Source: Balanoglossus misakiensis (taxonomy: Eukaryota; Animalia; Hemichordata). Taken from it: a DNA stretch of 64,000 bases. Below are positions 13,028 through 28,000 of this stretch, in pieces. Below the pieces are notes generated by a model that saw nothing but the letters and a program-made list of their open reading frames with translations, was not told where the DNA came from and made no database searches. The translations under genes and the position numbers were made by a program. How positions within the stretch are numbered: position 1 is the stretch's first letter; each line of letters starts with the position of its first letter. Location of the stretch: assembly GCA_040954595.2 (NCBI GenBank), contig CM082589.2, positions 2,163,498 through 2,227,497 on the forward strand, in the 5' to 3' direction.

Positions 13028-16000
13028 AGATTACGTCAACTTAGGTGATGATATCAAGTTTTCAATGACTTTTAACTAGAGTTTGTTGGTAAAAAGGACA
13101 AGCCTTTTGATTATTATTAAATGAACGTTTATGGGCACGTCTGTGCTGTGGCATTGTAACAGGTTCTAGTCTGCGTTGACACTGGAAATAGATGATTAAA
13201 CTTGTCAAACAACTGATCAAACTACCACATCTGTCCTATACAAGATGAAAATCGATCTTTTTAAATTTTAATACGGCGGTAGTGTCAATATCCATATTAT
13301 GGCAATAATATGATTGCTTTCTGAAGAGTCATTCCTCAACTGCGCAGGGGCTCTGAACTGAGACGTTAGATGGCACTAGGCAAATATGAGTATGTGTGAC
13401 CATTGCAACTGTTTTAGTTCAGTGGAACTATGTCTATCATCGTATGGCCGCAGTATAAAACCACTTGGTAACGGAAGGTGATCACTTCAGCATCTGTGTA
13501 CAGTAATTTTTAGCACCATACAGGATCTGTCAATTTGACAAAAGTATATTCATGGTACGGAAACAGTTGGTTATGGGCAGTCTTTCCTTTGTGCTTATAC
13601 ACAAAGTTAAATATCCGCGCTTTACGACATTATCACCCTAAACTACTTTATAGTTATCTGTTTTGCCATAAAGTTTGGTATTACTTTTTTGAAGCGAAAC
13701 TAACATACTCACTCGTACCTGCAAGTTTTTTCCCGGTCTCCTAATCTGGCAACTCAGAAAGTACTTGATGTCTTCCCCTGGTACTGTTGTGATGTGCTCA
13801 ACACCTCGTTTAGTCGTCGACTGCACGGCACTCGAAAAACCGTCCGCTCAACCAGCAGCCACTTCATAGTGATACGCGCTCTGCCGAGTAGACCGCTTGA
13901 CGAGCGTACAGAGCGCCAGCCTCGAGTCAGTCGATTCTCTGCCCTCCCAGCCAATCGTATGAATTGCACTTAAAATTCGAAACGCCCAAAGCAAGACCAA
14001 TTAAATACAGCTTTTCAAATGCAGCATGTTTAAGTACACTCTTTTCCAAAGCTGCCCAAAGGCAGGGTTTTGATCGTGTGCGTGTAATAGAATATGACGC
14101 TGTAATCTGAAAAGGGGGTACCTGAGCGTTACTACTTTTCAAATTCAAAAATCACGCAACAACAATATTTTCAATCCAAGTTCATAATAATAATAGCTTT
14201 AATCAATGTGGTTTTCAAATAAAGCTGACAAGCCAGCTGCAAAACCATTCTTTGGTGAGTTGCAAATGCAATACCACCGACGTTAATCTAAAAGGGTATA
14301 ACGTTTCATTGGCATGTTAAGTTACTCTACAAAAAGGGATTAATCAACCAATAAAACTCGATTATTAAGTGCAAAAATAATAACTTCAATGGTAATGAGC
14401 TTGTTGAAGTTTCAAATTTCTCTTTATATTGCAAAATAAATTCTGAGCACCGATTAATGCCAATGCCAAGTTGTATATTAATACATCAAATATTTAACAA
14501 ATGAAAGTAGGACTATTAATAGGGTTGTGAGTCATATTTCAGTGAACAAAGTTACTGGTATTGTGATGAATGTATTTTGTTGACAATGATTTGGCATTGC
14601 TCTTAATATTGAACGATTCGTGAACTGACGAAACGTGTACTATATGTAAATAAGGTTACATACGGCAGTTGCCAAAACCAACCGTTCGCACTCATAGAGT
14701 TTTTGGCGCAAGTAACTATAACATTTCTTTGAAAACGCTGTTTGAGAAAGGGATTGTGAAATTGATGAACACCATTTAGCCAGTAAAATATTAATGTCAT
14801 CTTTCCATGTTTTATGATGTGATACTAGGCACTAAAAGTAGTTATATTGTTAATATTTCGTCCACTATCACTAAACGACATACCACAACACGCGTAGATA
14901 TCGTGACATCCACGACGTAACTATCAGATCTGCGTGTATGTTCAAAAACGACCGGAAACGAGCGGTTAAATATTTATTGAGCGGCATAAAGATCATGCAC
15001 ACATGATTTTGTCCGATGTGTCGTTAAATTTTGTTGGGTAAGCCTTTTTTGTTTCATGTTTTGATCCGTTGGTTGGACACACATACCAAGCAGTTCAGTG
15101 TATTTATATACGGGTTTTTATCGGACACTAAACGAAGGCGAAGAGGCAGGATCAAGTTGGATGAACGGGAAGTAAATCTATAATATTATAATGCCGCCAA
15201 GGCAAGCACCTGTCGCGAGGAACGAGACCTAAGTACCTCGCGCGACACCATATTCTCGTAAAACTTGTTTCAATTAAACTCGGCGACAAACAAACGGAAC
15301 GATTTCAAATTCCGCTGCTGCTAGTTCTTACATCATTCTCAACCCTTCGCGTAGTTTCTCCCGCAAACGTTTACCTATCCATTACAATTTATTGCTCACT
15401 ATTCCACATAATAACTACTCAAGCTGTGATCCAATATTTAACTCCAGTCCCGAACTAAAACTACAACCGAGTTAACATCCTGTTTGGCTCCGATTGTTAA
15501 CTTTCAATATTATTTGGATGCGAGTTAAAAACAGAATTAAAAAAAAAGTTAAAGTATTATTCATCACGTCACAGTAGCATAGATATACGTCCACCTGCAC
15601 TATGCTTTAAGCATTTTATTTTGAAAGAGACCATATCATATCATGAAAGCCCTCCAGGAAATTACAGTTTGGAAATGTCAACAAGCCTTTTAGTAAGGAT
15701 TGGAAACCTATCTCTTCCAAGACGGTGGAGCACATCACGACTCATGGGGGTTACCCGTCAGGCCCAGACGGTGGATTGTAAATGTCATAACACGTTCTTG
15801 TGACTTCTCCAAACTGTCTCGCAGATTCATGTCCACGCGACAAGCCTGCAGACATGCTCATACCATTATGGGATTTCCATAGGTCCCCCATATATAGAGT
15901 TACAGTGTGTGTTGCCGGGTGTTAGTTGATGGCGATGATGAAATCTGATGACGCGACGTCTGGAATGGAGAAGACCACCTCAATGCAAACAAGCTTTATC

Positions 16001-19000
16001 AGACGATGGTGTAAGAGATATTGAAAGTAAATACATACCATCTAACCAAGGAGTTCGTGATACTACTGTGTGGATTATCTAACCGAAGTCATAGTTGGCA
16101 CATAGTCTTTAATTTTTAAAGTTATTTAACAGACAACAACTTCTCAAGTTATGGTTTTAGCATATCGCTTGTTCTGAGCCTTTCAATAATTCCCTGTGTT
16201 AACCGACTTATTTAAAAGGTTTGCTCAGAACATGGCACTACTAGTAATAGATGCTTTTTGCAAATTAAATCTTGGCAGCACAATTAAGAAAGTGGCGTAA
16301 TGAGACGGAATCAGTCACAGTGTCTGATGGTGAAGAACTGACATTAAAGTAGTCAAATCTTAATCTCAGTAATGCAGCAACCATTACGCTTGAAATTAGA
16401 GTAATAAACGCGGCGATATGTTCCATTTCTCCCACGCATACTGAAAGACTGTACAGCATATAACGAAAGGGGTTGTGGACAATTATTGAAGCAAGCACAC
16501 GAAAATGAAATCAATGTCGTTTGACCTCAAACCTCTAAATGAAAGTTCAGAATGTCCCCCTTAACAAAAAACTTTTCCATTTGCTATTCCTTCAGTTTAC
16601 CATGACTTAATTATCTACGGCACTATGATGGGACTACGTTGAGTGACAGCTACCTATTAGCACGATGCAAGGAGAAAGGTATTACGAGAACATATCAATG
16701 AAGAGTAGAATTAATCAATAAATGTGCTGTCATTAAGTTTTCCAATAAAACATGGACGCCCCCAGGACAACTTGTCTCGACAAATTAACCTCATCCTGCA
16801 ATATTAATCTTTTCATGCTTTGCAACATTCAGATATAAAAGAAATTCTTTGAATCACCACACCGCGAATATGTGCCTAATGATTTTATTGACAGTCGATT
16901 TTTATGGAGTTCACACAGAAATGAATTTCAAATTTTTAGCTTTGAAAATTTACTCTAAAAGAGTCTAAAATGAAAGTATATCTTCCATGCCACTCGGACA
17001 AACTTTTGTACATGCATCCACGTACTTCTACAGTATGCTTGCCACAGATGCTTGCATCATTTGATACAGAGTAAAGCAGATGGTACTTTTTACAGTTCTT
17101 TATTTTCCATCTTCACTGGGATTAAGACTGAGACCAGATAATTTGTTCAGAAAATGCCAAGAGGAATCTAACTCCGCCAAGCACTGATAACACAGGTCAT
17201 GCATGCAGTAGATGGGTACAGAGCAGCCTTCGGTCATCTGATGAAAGTGGTATAGCAGAAGCTGTCAACTGCTCGACTCTCGCTCAAGATCATTACACTA
17301 ATGGGAGCACCTTAGACCATTTCTTCTATCTTAGTGTCATTTTATCAAGTAAACACCATTAAATCAATGAGCTTTTTGGCACGGGCTGAGTAGACAGCAT
17401 TGTCTGGATGTTCACTTCGATGAGGGATCAGAATCGCGAGAGATGTCGAGAAATGACAGTGCGACAGATGAGGCTCATAAAAGGTTAACTAGATTCCTTG
17501 ACGAGGCAACGAAAAGAACACCTTTCTGGCAGCCAATGCAGTTATAGGTATTAGTTTAAGTGGTGTTAGCGGTGGTGGGGAACTGATTCACGAAATTTGA
17601 TTAAACGAAACTTATATTGCATGTAATTTTTTCTGGTCCAGAATTTCTTTAATGAAGTAATCTTTCATGTATCCCCTTAGAATTGAAAAGCCCCAGTTTC
17701 CAGTGTGCGCTCAGCTGCCAGAAGAACCCTGTGGCAGCAAAAAGCACAACTATTGTCCCCATTGTACAGAGCTCAACTATATAAACATTGGCAGGTTATA
17801 AAGAAGAATTATTTGATAAAAAATAGTGTCTTTCAGTGGCGTCAAGTCCATTAAAAGCAATTAAATGCTCTCTTTGGTAGTTGGTTACTTTGGCAGGTCA
17901 AGTCGAAAAATCAGCATGCATTAGAGAGAGCGAGACACGCAATGCAAGACAAAACGCTAGTTTTTAACTCTGTTTGCTTTAGCTTTTCTTAATATGTCAG
18001 CTGTGATGTTTCCTTTGTTCTGTATCAGTATCTTGTCCTACACCATTGAACCCTAATGAAAAGATTGTAAAGATGCGTAACAACACAACCACTGCCAACG
18101 CACGTAGACTCGCATACATGTGGATCACAAGAATCGACTATCTCTTATATCGTGCTTCTGCGATTGTTTGTTCTGTTAGTCAAACTGTACGTTTACTCTC
18201 TCATTTCAAAGCGCAACAGCGAAAGCACTGATTGTGTCTGAGTGAGCTTCAAGTTCACTAAGACTACATCATAAGTTGATTGATGAAAATCGACGTTTTA
18301 GGACAATGCCATGTCATTACTCTTAAAATCCGAAACAAATGTGGCAACGCGTCGTAAAAGTTCAATTGCAACGAGACATTTTCAAAGCAGATTCAACCAA
18401 TATAAAAGCGGGTCACAAGTTGCAATTATGTTTGAACTGACATATATCGCATTTTAAATTGCTGATTAATACTTAATGGGTATTTTGCACGATCTGGTGA
18501 TTGAGTTGCCATCATTTAGTACCGACCACAAATTAACGTTGAATCTTAAATTAAGTGATGTCGGACCTCATTAGGCAAAACACTACAAAATATGCCAGAG
18601 TAAATTGGAAATTATGACGATTACATCGCGGAAACTTGCATTTGTTTCTGTGCATTGAGGTCGACCCTCGTGCAGGCTATGGTGATAATCAAACAGTGTA
18701 TTGTATGCTTCCCTGTGAGAATAAGTGCCCCGGGAGAAATGGCTTGGCCTTTAAGGTTCAAGGTGGCCGACACACAAGTTCTACTGGCATCAAGTACCAA
18801 TAAAAACCTAATAGTTGAATGCTCTTTCTTAGACTTAAAGCCGACTTGACCAACTAACTGCTATTTATTCAGCTGAGACCTGATATTAAAACTTTTACGT
18901 TTCTACAGTACAGAGCATTTCTTAAAATGCTCTTAAGGAAATATTTTAAGAATGTGAGAAGAAAGCGCCCGCTGAAAGATCATCTGCAGTAATCAAGTTA

Positions 19001-22000
19001 TAACACAGACCATAGAGTAACACGTCACAATTATTTTCAGCAATATGAAAGCCCACATAGGCATTCAGTCCTTTGGGATCAACCGGACCGTGCAGATTTA
19101 ACGAGCAGCAATAGTAAGAATTCAATATAATGTATGGTGAGCATGTTTACAGTGTTTCTTGATGGCATATCTGAATGAAGTTACATAGGTAAAGTTTTTA
19201 ATTTGGAGATTCATGCTTCCTTAAGTTAACTTTTGATCGCTTTTCTCTTGACGTACATATTTCGATAGAATGCCACCTATCACGATATGTCGCTGCAGAA
19301 CTATTTATGACCAAAGCAATAACATGAACAAACAAGTGTGGGAAGAACGAGCTGAAATATTCTCACGGTTTCTCCACAGAGAGACTAAGAGAGCAACTTA
19401 ACAAACGTAGAATCTATATGTATACATCTTGCAGTATTTGTTACGACACATGCACACTAACACCAATGGGTAACACCGCGAATGCCCCTGCACGACGCAC
19501 TCAGTGGTTCGAGTTTCGGGAGTTTGATATCTTTCCCTATGAATGTAGTCTGTTGGGAATATCAACAATCGCAGAGATCTATAATGTTACACTTCAAACT
19601 AATTCCTTCGCAAGAGCGAGAAACGAGCATGTAGCTGCGAACGAACTAAACGCAACGATTGCTGCCGTACTCGGCTACGCTCAAAGACGTCTGAACCCTG
19701 GATGGTCTATTGGTGTGAAATGCCCCTACGGGAACTGTGACGTCATTATCATAAAAGCCGCAGCGTTCCTGATTTTGTAAATGGACCTTAACTTGGGTGT
19801 CCAGCAGTTTTGTGAGCTACATTCCATTACATGTTGGTAGTAAACCAGTTGCAGTCTTCCCATCAAGTATGGTTACATTAATAGCACATCAGGTTATATT
19901 TTCTGTTCATTGACATGTATTTATAGCTTCATTATACCGGTGCGAATAAATATGTATGTTACTTTGTAGTAATGGCCGAGATTGTCTGAATTGCAATTGG
20001 GAAACTAGCCAAAAATTCCACAAGCAAAACGCTACACAACCCCCTCTGCTGAATGCAAATAAAATCACGAATGACGCTGTCCTTGATTCGGCAAAGAATG
20101 GCGCCATCTCAGCGGAAATAATGAACGTAGCCAAAAGACTAAAAGTTAATGCAACTAGCCTTTGCTGACCAAATACTCTGCTCTTGTGTACTTTATGGTG
20201 ATCTTTTCCCAGTAAGTACTGAACTGTCGCCTGTAATTTTGGATCAGAAACGTCAAAATGGCTGTCAGGTAACCTCTGTGTACAAAAGGTACTGAGTCAC
20301 ATTATTCTGATTATCTTGGATAATCTTCTGCCTGATGACATGTTATCGGAATTCTAATATCTGAAATAATCATGCTTGAGTCATTGAGGTTTCACTATCC
20401 AGATATCTGTTCATTTGGATAACATATTGAAGGCAGACATCAGAACGTTTATTCTTTTGGGTATTAAAGTAGCTGTTTTAAAGTCATATAATGTCAGATA
20501 AAATAGTAAACTAACAGGGATATGCCCAAGATCCATACATATTTTGATAATTAAACTGAGTACATGTCTGTCCGTTCCGCACAGCATGAACAAGATATTC
20601 CGCACAATACATATATTATTAATCGGTAATAACATAGGATTTGTTTTCTTCATTTCAGACCAATCTTCTCAAAGACAGACACACTCCTTGCCTGCATCCA
20701 TTTGTGAAATTGTTGTAGGCCAGTACTGAGTCAATAATAATTATAGGTCGACGTGTGTTCGAATCGACATTAAATGGGTTCAATTACAAGTCTTAAACTT
20801 TATCGACACAGAAGGTCCAATATTTCCATTACTTTTATGGACAAGCTGTAAAGCAGCTTCAGACTCACTTCGTTTTTGATTTCACCAACTAATAATATTT
20901 AGTTGCGAAGCGCTTTAATTTCCTCTTAAAATATTACTTTGGAGTTGTCGGATTTATGAAGAGACGCTGAAGGCACGGCCACTTTCTACCCACTGCGCGG
21001 TTCCATTTGCCACATTGTGTTTTGGAGTGTAATAACCACACCGTTTCTTTGTGGGAATCATTAATTCCTAGATTAAATATGTGAATTAATCAGACGGGTG
21101 CTATGTACGTTGTGATCCATGATCTAATTTGGAGTTACACAAGACATCGGCGCCGCCAACGGTTATGTTTAAAGAACAACGTTGTGTGAAAATTTAACTT
21201 GAGTTTTGTCAATATTGCTATTAGGGAGGTTGAACAAAATGCATTCCAGTTATCAAAACTTAGGGAAAAAACGATATACCCAGACACTGAACAAAGTTAC
21301 TGATTTATCAAAATAGATGTGAATTTAGAATAAGCAGAATGGATTCTACTTGATCGTACTGGTTTTCTCTTCACGCGCACGTTCGGGTACAGGAAAGACC
21401 CGCGGCGTCACTTCCGAGCAGACATCTCCAACGTGAGCGGGAGATATTAGTGTGCCACCAGAGAGTCTGGTCGCATTAATCCAGCCTTCCCAGTGCCCAT
21501 GTCGTTCTCTGCCCAGAGGGAAATCTCACTAATTTATGATCCGCGCTCGAAATGTCACAAATTAACGACAATTAAATGCCATCTTGTTCAGATATTTTCA
21601 AGATATTTTCACGAAAATTGTCAGCACTCATTTCGTTCAAATCAGCTCAGCTCCTCAAAGTTTCATTAATTGCTACAGAAAATATCGAAGCAGCTCCAAG
21701 CATTTGAAGTAAATGTGGAGCTCATTTGTCTAACCCTGCCTTAATTATTATTTAAGAACCCGGGGCATACATCCACGGACATACTGACTTGATTCATTGA
21801 TTAGCCAGTACCCTTGTTTCGGAAATGTCCTGGTACACAGGGTATATGGGTCACCACGAAAGGTTATTGCCATCCTGGAGAATGCCCATGTCCTATACGT
21901 CCCTACATCATTAGGCTCGTTAGTTCTTGTATGCATGTACGACTCCGGGACCGGCCCGGGAGAGAAAATTGGTGGTTGTTGCTATCAGTCGTTCAATGAC

Positions 22001-25000
22001 TAGGCCAATACATCACACCGACCGCAATTGCAATCGATCAACATACATGTACATGCATGCGGGAGGATCTGAGGTGGGGGGGGGGGGGAGTAGGGATGCA
22101 GATGATGGACATGTGACTGTTTTCTTAACTATAGGTTGTAGACTGCAGCAACAGGAAAGCCAATACACATACGAGAACTGAGCAAACAGCGCTCTTCTAA
22201 TTTGATATTCCTTTCGCAATCACTTTAACATGATCACGTAACTGTTATACAACATCTACAGCAAAAAACGTGGTAACAGAGATCGACGTTTCCCAGGACC
22301 TCTCCAGGTCAGCTCTGTGATATATCTTTCCAAACCTCAAACCTTTCCCCTCGTGCTGATTTGAAAATAAGTAATTTTGATATAAAAAGGTTACACGTAT
22401 TAAACTGTCGGTCTAATGTTTCCAGGCTTATTGCGTCAGCCGTCAATAGTGGCGACACTTTGTGCCCGGCGTATCCGCTTGCCGTCAAGATTGGCTTTAA
22501 ATGGAGCAGTCAGGTCAAAGGAAGGTACACGCTGACAGTGATGTGAATGGCGAATTCGTGCGGGGACTGTTACTGATGTTTATTCGCGTCGTCGAGCGTG
22601 TGACACAGACGATGGATGCTGAATGGCGAGAGCACTTTAGCAAGCGGTGTGCCGCGCGATGTCAAACACATGACGGGAAATGGCTTTGTTGGAAAGGACG
22701 TAATGCCAGAGACCCTTTGACCCGTGCAAGAATGGGCCCAGTTTTCACCCTGGCTTTGCTGATGGATACTGACACCTTGATACAAGGCGTTCTTTGACTA
22801 AGTGACATTGTGTCTAGTCATAGCTCACACTTTTCATCACGATGGCACTCTCATCAGACTGACGCAGCGATTGTCCTAATTCATACCACAGACTTCCTAA
22901 ATATTCAACATCAACTACTCAGCAAATTCATTCTAGCGACAGAATTTAAAATGCCTCGTACGTAACATTAAAGTTTAAAACGAGCGATGTCTGTACAGTC
23001 ATTCACGCGAGATGGAGTTATTTCCTCCTCAAGGTCCTACGCAAAAATCAATGTAACGCTTCTGGCTGTCGATGTCAAACTCAATCGTTTTACTATGTGT
23101 GGATGCCAAAACGATAACATACATTCAGTCCGCAATTGATCTTGTCAAGATGTGACGTCTCCACAAGAAGAACATGCTAACTATAGGAACGCTTTTGACC
23201 ACTTTACACTATTTTTGTATTTTCCACTCAAATGATCGATGTGAAGCTGTGGGATGAATAGGTGTTTCCTGTAAGGCTGTCAGAAAATTGGAAATAGTCC
23301 ACTTGATTTGGTCTCCCTGGTTAAATTTAGTTTTACTAATTCCACAGAAAGATCAATATGCTTTTGCTTACCTCGGGCATGATATTAAAGCGGATAATCA
23401 CTCGTCGCTTCCAATGTCCGTTTACTAACAATAGTAGGCGAATGCGGCTGCTCATGTACAGTTCACGGGGATGACAGTGTATACATCTCTAGTGTCGTCG
23501 ACGATGGACTGAATGTACCGGCTGTATCTGGAGCAATGGCAAACCACGAAACCCTGGATTCATCAAGTTCACAGCAAGGGACAGGCAGCGAATGTGACTG
23601 AAGTCGGTGTGGGGGAATGGTTAAATTGGGTCGTACGGTCAAAACGCCACCACGCGTCAATTTAATAAAATCTATTCACATACATGTATACCAGTGGTAG
23701 GTACACGCATTACCACGCTGTACAAATTTTAATTGTATACTGCAGAACTATTAGTTTCTGCGTCGTCATCTTTTAGAGTGGGAATTTGACATATGAGAAA
23801 TAGAGAAATAACGAAAACATAAATTGTTATGGTAAATCCTGTTTTATCACCGTTTTTTGTTCATAAAAATAGCCCGAAACATGTGCATGGCTGTAAGCCT
23901 CTGACTGACAAAGGCATTAAAATTGTGAAGGACGGCAAACATATGCCATTGCTCTAGTCAGCAGCTTTAACGATGCCGTGAATGTGATTTCTGTAATGGG
24001 GGAACAAGTGACAATGTCAAGGCAAGGACTCTCGAACTGCTTCATTATTGGTTTTACGATACAAACCCTGGGACCATCGGCGTTCCTCTTACATGTAATG
24101 TATGCTAACACTCGCTGAAGCGAAAACGCGTGTATCGAGTGGACGTACTGCGACACAGACGTCAAACAATATTGTGGTCTTAAAATGGTGCATTATAATA
24201 GTGAACATTTTGTCAATATAGTGACTTCCGCCTGTCTAGTCGACACTGTTCAATATAAAAAATACACGTACCTCAATATTAGTTTAGCTGCAATTTATGC
24301 CATGACGAATAACACCAAGCGAATAATATTCACATAAATTCAGTTTCATAAACTAGTTGTTGAAGACGTGCCGTAAAGTGCTATAATAATATGAATTACA
24401 ATAAAACAGGAGCACGCGGTGGTAGCTATAGATACCGTCCTAAAACATGGAGAGCACAACACACAGCCAGTTCTGATCTCACAAAACAAACTCCTCACGT
24501 TACATGTTCTCGCTTTGCTCACTTCATTCATATTTGATTTCAATATGCATTATTTGCCATTTCCATTAACGCACAATGTAACACAACATAGCGACGCTCT
24601 TTCAATATTAACACAAAACACATACGAGGCTTCGTCAGCGATGGGAATACGACCCACCATTCAGTGGTTGAGTTGAGAGCTTCAAATATTGGATTTGCCG
24701 ACTCAAGTGACAGAGATCTCATGCCCAGTTTTATGGTTTATATATTCCGGAGGTTTAGTCATCAAGTAGCATATATTGCAAGTTTAGTGTTACGGCAGAG
24801 TTTGTTATACAATCCAGGTATTAGGAGACAACTACAGCCGCCAGGATCACATAGCTTGGATTTTAATATCGTCAGGGTTTTGTAGCGGTGTGCCACTGGA
24901 ACCTATACCAATCAGAATTTGTCTCTATGGAACTAATTTCTTGATTCAAATAAAGACGATACCATTCAAGAATAGTAAACTTGCTGCACAAGTATGGTTT

Positions 25001-28000
25001 TGGTTGTAAAATGGCAAGTTTTGGCTTCATGTTAGTGAACAGGGACCATTTATGACTACACAAGGCAAATTGAACTGTTTGACCCCAGATAAAAGCTCGT
25101 CATTTGTTCACATTTTACGACCCTGATATTACGTGATCAGATTTATCCCATGAAAAATAAACCGACGTCAATGGCGTTTAGAATTAGACGGTTTATCCAC
25201 CTGAAAAAAGTACATGTGTACTGTCACACAGGGACCACTAAAACTTTACACGAATACAATCAACATCTTCTTCACTTTAAATCGGTTGGAAAGTGTTTGC
25301 CGCAGTTGCTTGTACTTTTTATCAGTTAAATTTTCACAGTAGAGTAACTCCAGTCAGATACATGTGTCTCAAACAGCCATTTTGTGAATTTTATTACTTG
25401 TATTGAAATATGGGAGCAAACAGACATCGATAGATTAATTTGACATATATTTTGGCTTGCAAGTTTGGTATGCCAATATCAGACTTAGCATACTCACTTA
25501 AAGCGCTATTTGGTGTTTGTTTGTCCATAAAATATGCAATGTACACATGTTAACGATTTTATTGGGTGTAATTACTGTGTTCGTAGGACAATTATGTGGA
25601 CATAAATTCATTTATAATGAAAAGTTATAACCACAGTCAAACCTGTGCACAATTTCATGTATGAACAGCTGGCGAAAATTATCTTTGAAGAAACGAGAGA
25701 GGGGTCTTTCAAGTGGGCAGCCCAGTTTGTAGTCAACCTTGGAGATCCTGAACCAAAAATTTGTTTCAAATCAATGACACTCTTCCGAAACAATTAGATT
25801 TTGTAATACATGGCCACAATGACCCCATCATGAAGAAAATCGTCCAGACATGAAAAAGACTGATGGTGACCACATTGGATCATGTTGACATGCCTATCTA
25901 GTTCATAGTACATGCATGAACGTAGCCCAACACGTATAGGTTCACATACTTCGGCGGTGACACCAGTCTACCGCAAACTACGTGTATGATACATGAAACA
26001 CCTTATGTGCATTTTTCTCCCCCAGATATAGCAGCAGTTCATTAGCAACTGTCGGCGTGGACAAACGATTATTTTTATTGATAGGAACATCTCTCTGTGA
26101 ACAGAGGCACCGGTAGTATGTACCACCCCGTGTGCTTGCCGACACTTAACACCCACACGAAATAATATCCGACACTGAGAACTCGATATTAATTTCCCTA
26201 ATATCCATGGCAACAGGGTGGATCAAAGCGCTAATAAAGAATATGAATTATTATTGTATTGTGTACATTCACTTTACATGACTGCATCTCTCCCAGGATT
26301 CAGCGAACGCGATCTAGCACATTCAAAGTTGACCTCCCCGTGGAGAGGGCATACCAAATGATAGTGTAATCTAAGGCATTAGAAAATCTTTTTGTATAAA
26401 ATGCATGATGTAATACGTTGTAGTCAGTACAGTGCTAATAGTAGTCATCACTGAATAGTAACTTTAAAGTGATACTTTTGCCATATTCTAATTTGGTGCA
26501 TTTATCCAAAACTCAGTACTGGATCATATATGCACTGGTCCATACAGCTACATTGTATTGGTATTTCTGTGTGTTTAAGCCACAATTAATGAATGTAGGT
26601 TAAGTTTTGACAGATATTGCAAACCAACGATCGAGTTGTAGTCAAAAGTTTGTCTTTGAGTCGCAAATGACATCCATGTGGTAAACACCAAACGTCACTC
26701 TACAAATTCTCCAGACATGAATCAGTCGTCATGTCTACATCCGATAAATTTATCACGGTGACGAAGATGGGAAAGCTGGTGCGTAATGAGGTATACGCAT
26801 GTAGTCTTGTGACTTGACGGCCATGCCCTGTATGTCGTCCATACAGAAAAGGTCATCGCCAGCAAGAGGGATCGTTGTTTCACCAGTCCACATGGCTCTC
26901 AAGGTCGTTTCGTGCACAAACGACACATGGTAATGCCAACCTTCTGGGCCTAAGGGGTTTGAAAGCCCTATATTTACACGAGTATGCCAATCATCTTTAC
27001 TAATACCGCAATGTTTTTGCATGATTCGTCCCTTCAGATGTTACATATTGATTTTTCAAATCCCCCTAAAACAAATGAGCACAGATAATTTAAATGTCAC
27101 GAACATTCAGTTCCTTTAAGATCCGCCATCGAAATTGATACAAAGCGCCGTCATTAAATAGACACACATGAATATAATTTAATGAGAACTTTTGAACATT
27201 ACCGTTATTGCTGCAATTTCTAGTTGATGGTAAAGATACCAACTCTGAAATTGCAATACAAACCACTCGAGTATTTTCAGTACAATTGCAACTAATATTA
27301 GTTAAACAAAGATGCCAAGGACCAAAGTATATTTTGTTATACAGATAGTCCAAAATACATAAAACAATATTGACGTTAACCTTGTTTTAGTAAATATTTA
27401 CTTTCAGGATTCACCAACTGTGAAATATCACTGTTGGAAGTGACATCCTTCGCGTCGACAACATGTCAATTGCAAGGTTAATTGAACATGTGCATGTATG
27501 ATAACTGTAGGGAACATGCTATGTAGCCAAGTACGAGATATTTAGGTTCGTTATCATAGTCAACAAGAGGAGCAGATCCTTGGAATCTGTCAACGCCGCG
27601 CAGTAACGTTGAATTTGAAGGCTAATTTCATGGCCTGGTATCTCAATCGCAAAAAGTTTCAAATGGCTTACATGATAACTCATAAAAACATGTTGCAACA
27701 TTTCCTTCCAACCAGAATGATTCATTGGATCATTGTGTGTGCATTGTTCCCACAGTTAATCCAAGCTCTTCCGACAAATGTGAGATTGATAATGGTATAG
27801 TGTTATTTTAGTTTGTTATCTCCTGCAGGGAAAATAGTCGCAGCTGTCAAAGTTTCTAGTCTCATACATGTAGGTATATGTCCTGATGTCGGCAGCTACA
27901 TTGAGAAAATAAAACATGTATAGTTACTGATAATTGTTATTGCAAGAAAATACTGAATTTAGTTTCTGGTAGAACAGAAATGATGTTCATGTTTTCCCAA

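Noticed and set aside
26753-27022. 89-aa ATG-initiated ORF with protein-like composition (similar cases at 25657-25797, 54209-54394 and 60458-60781)
   Set aside because: No recognisable domain or consistent splice structure; cannot be supported without a homology search.
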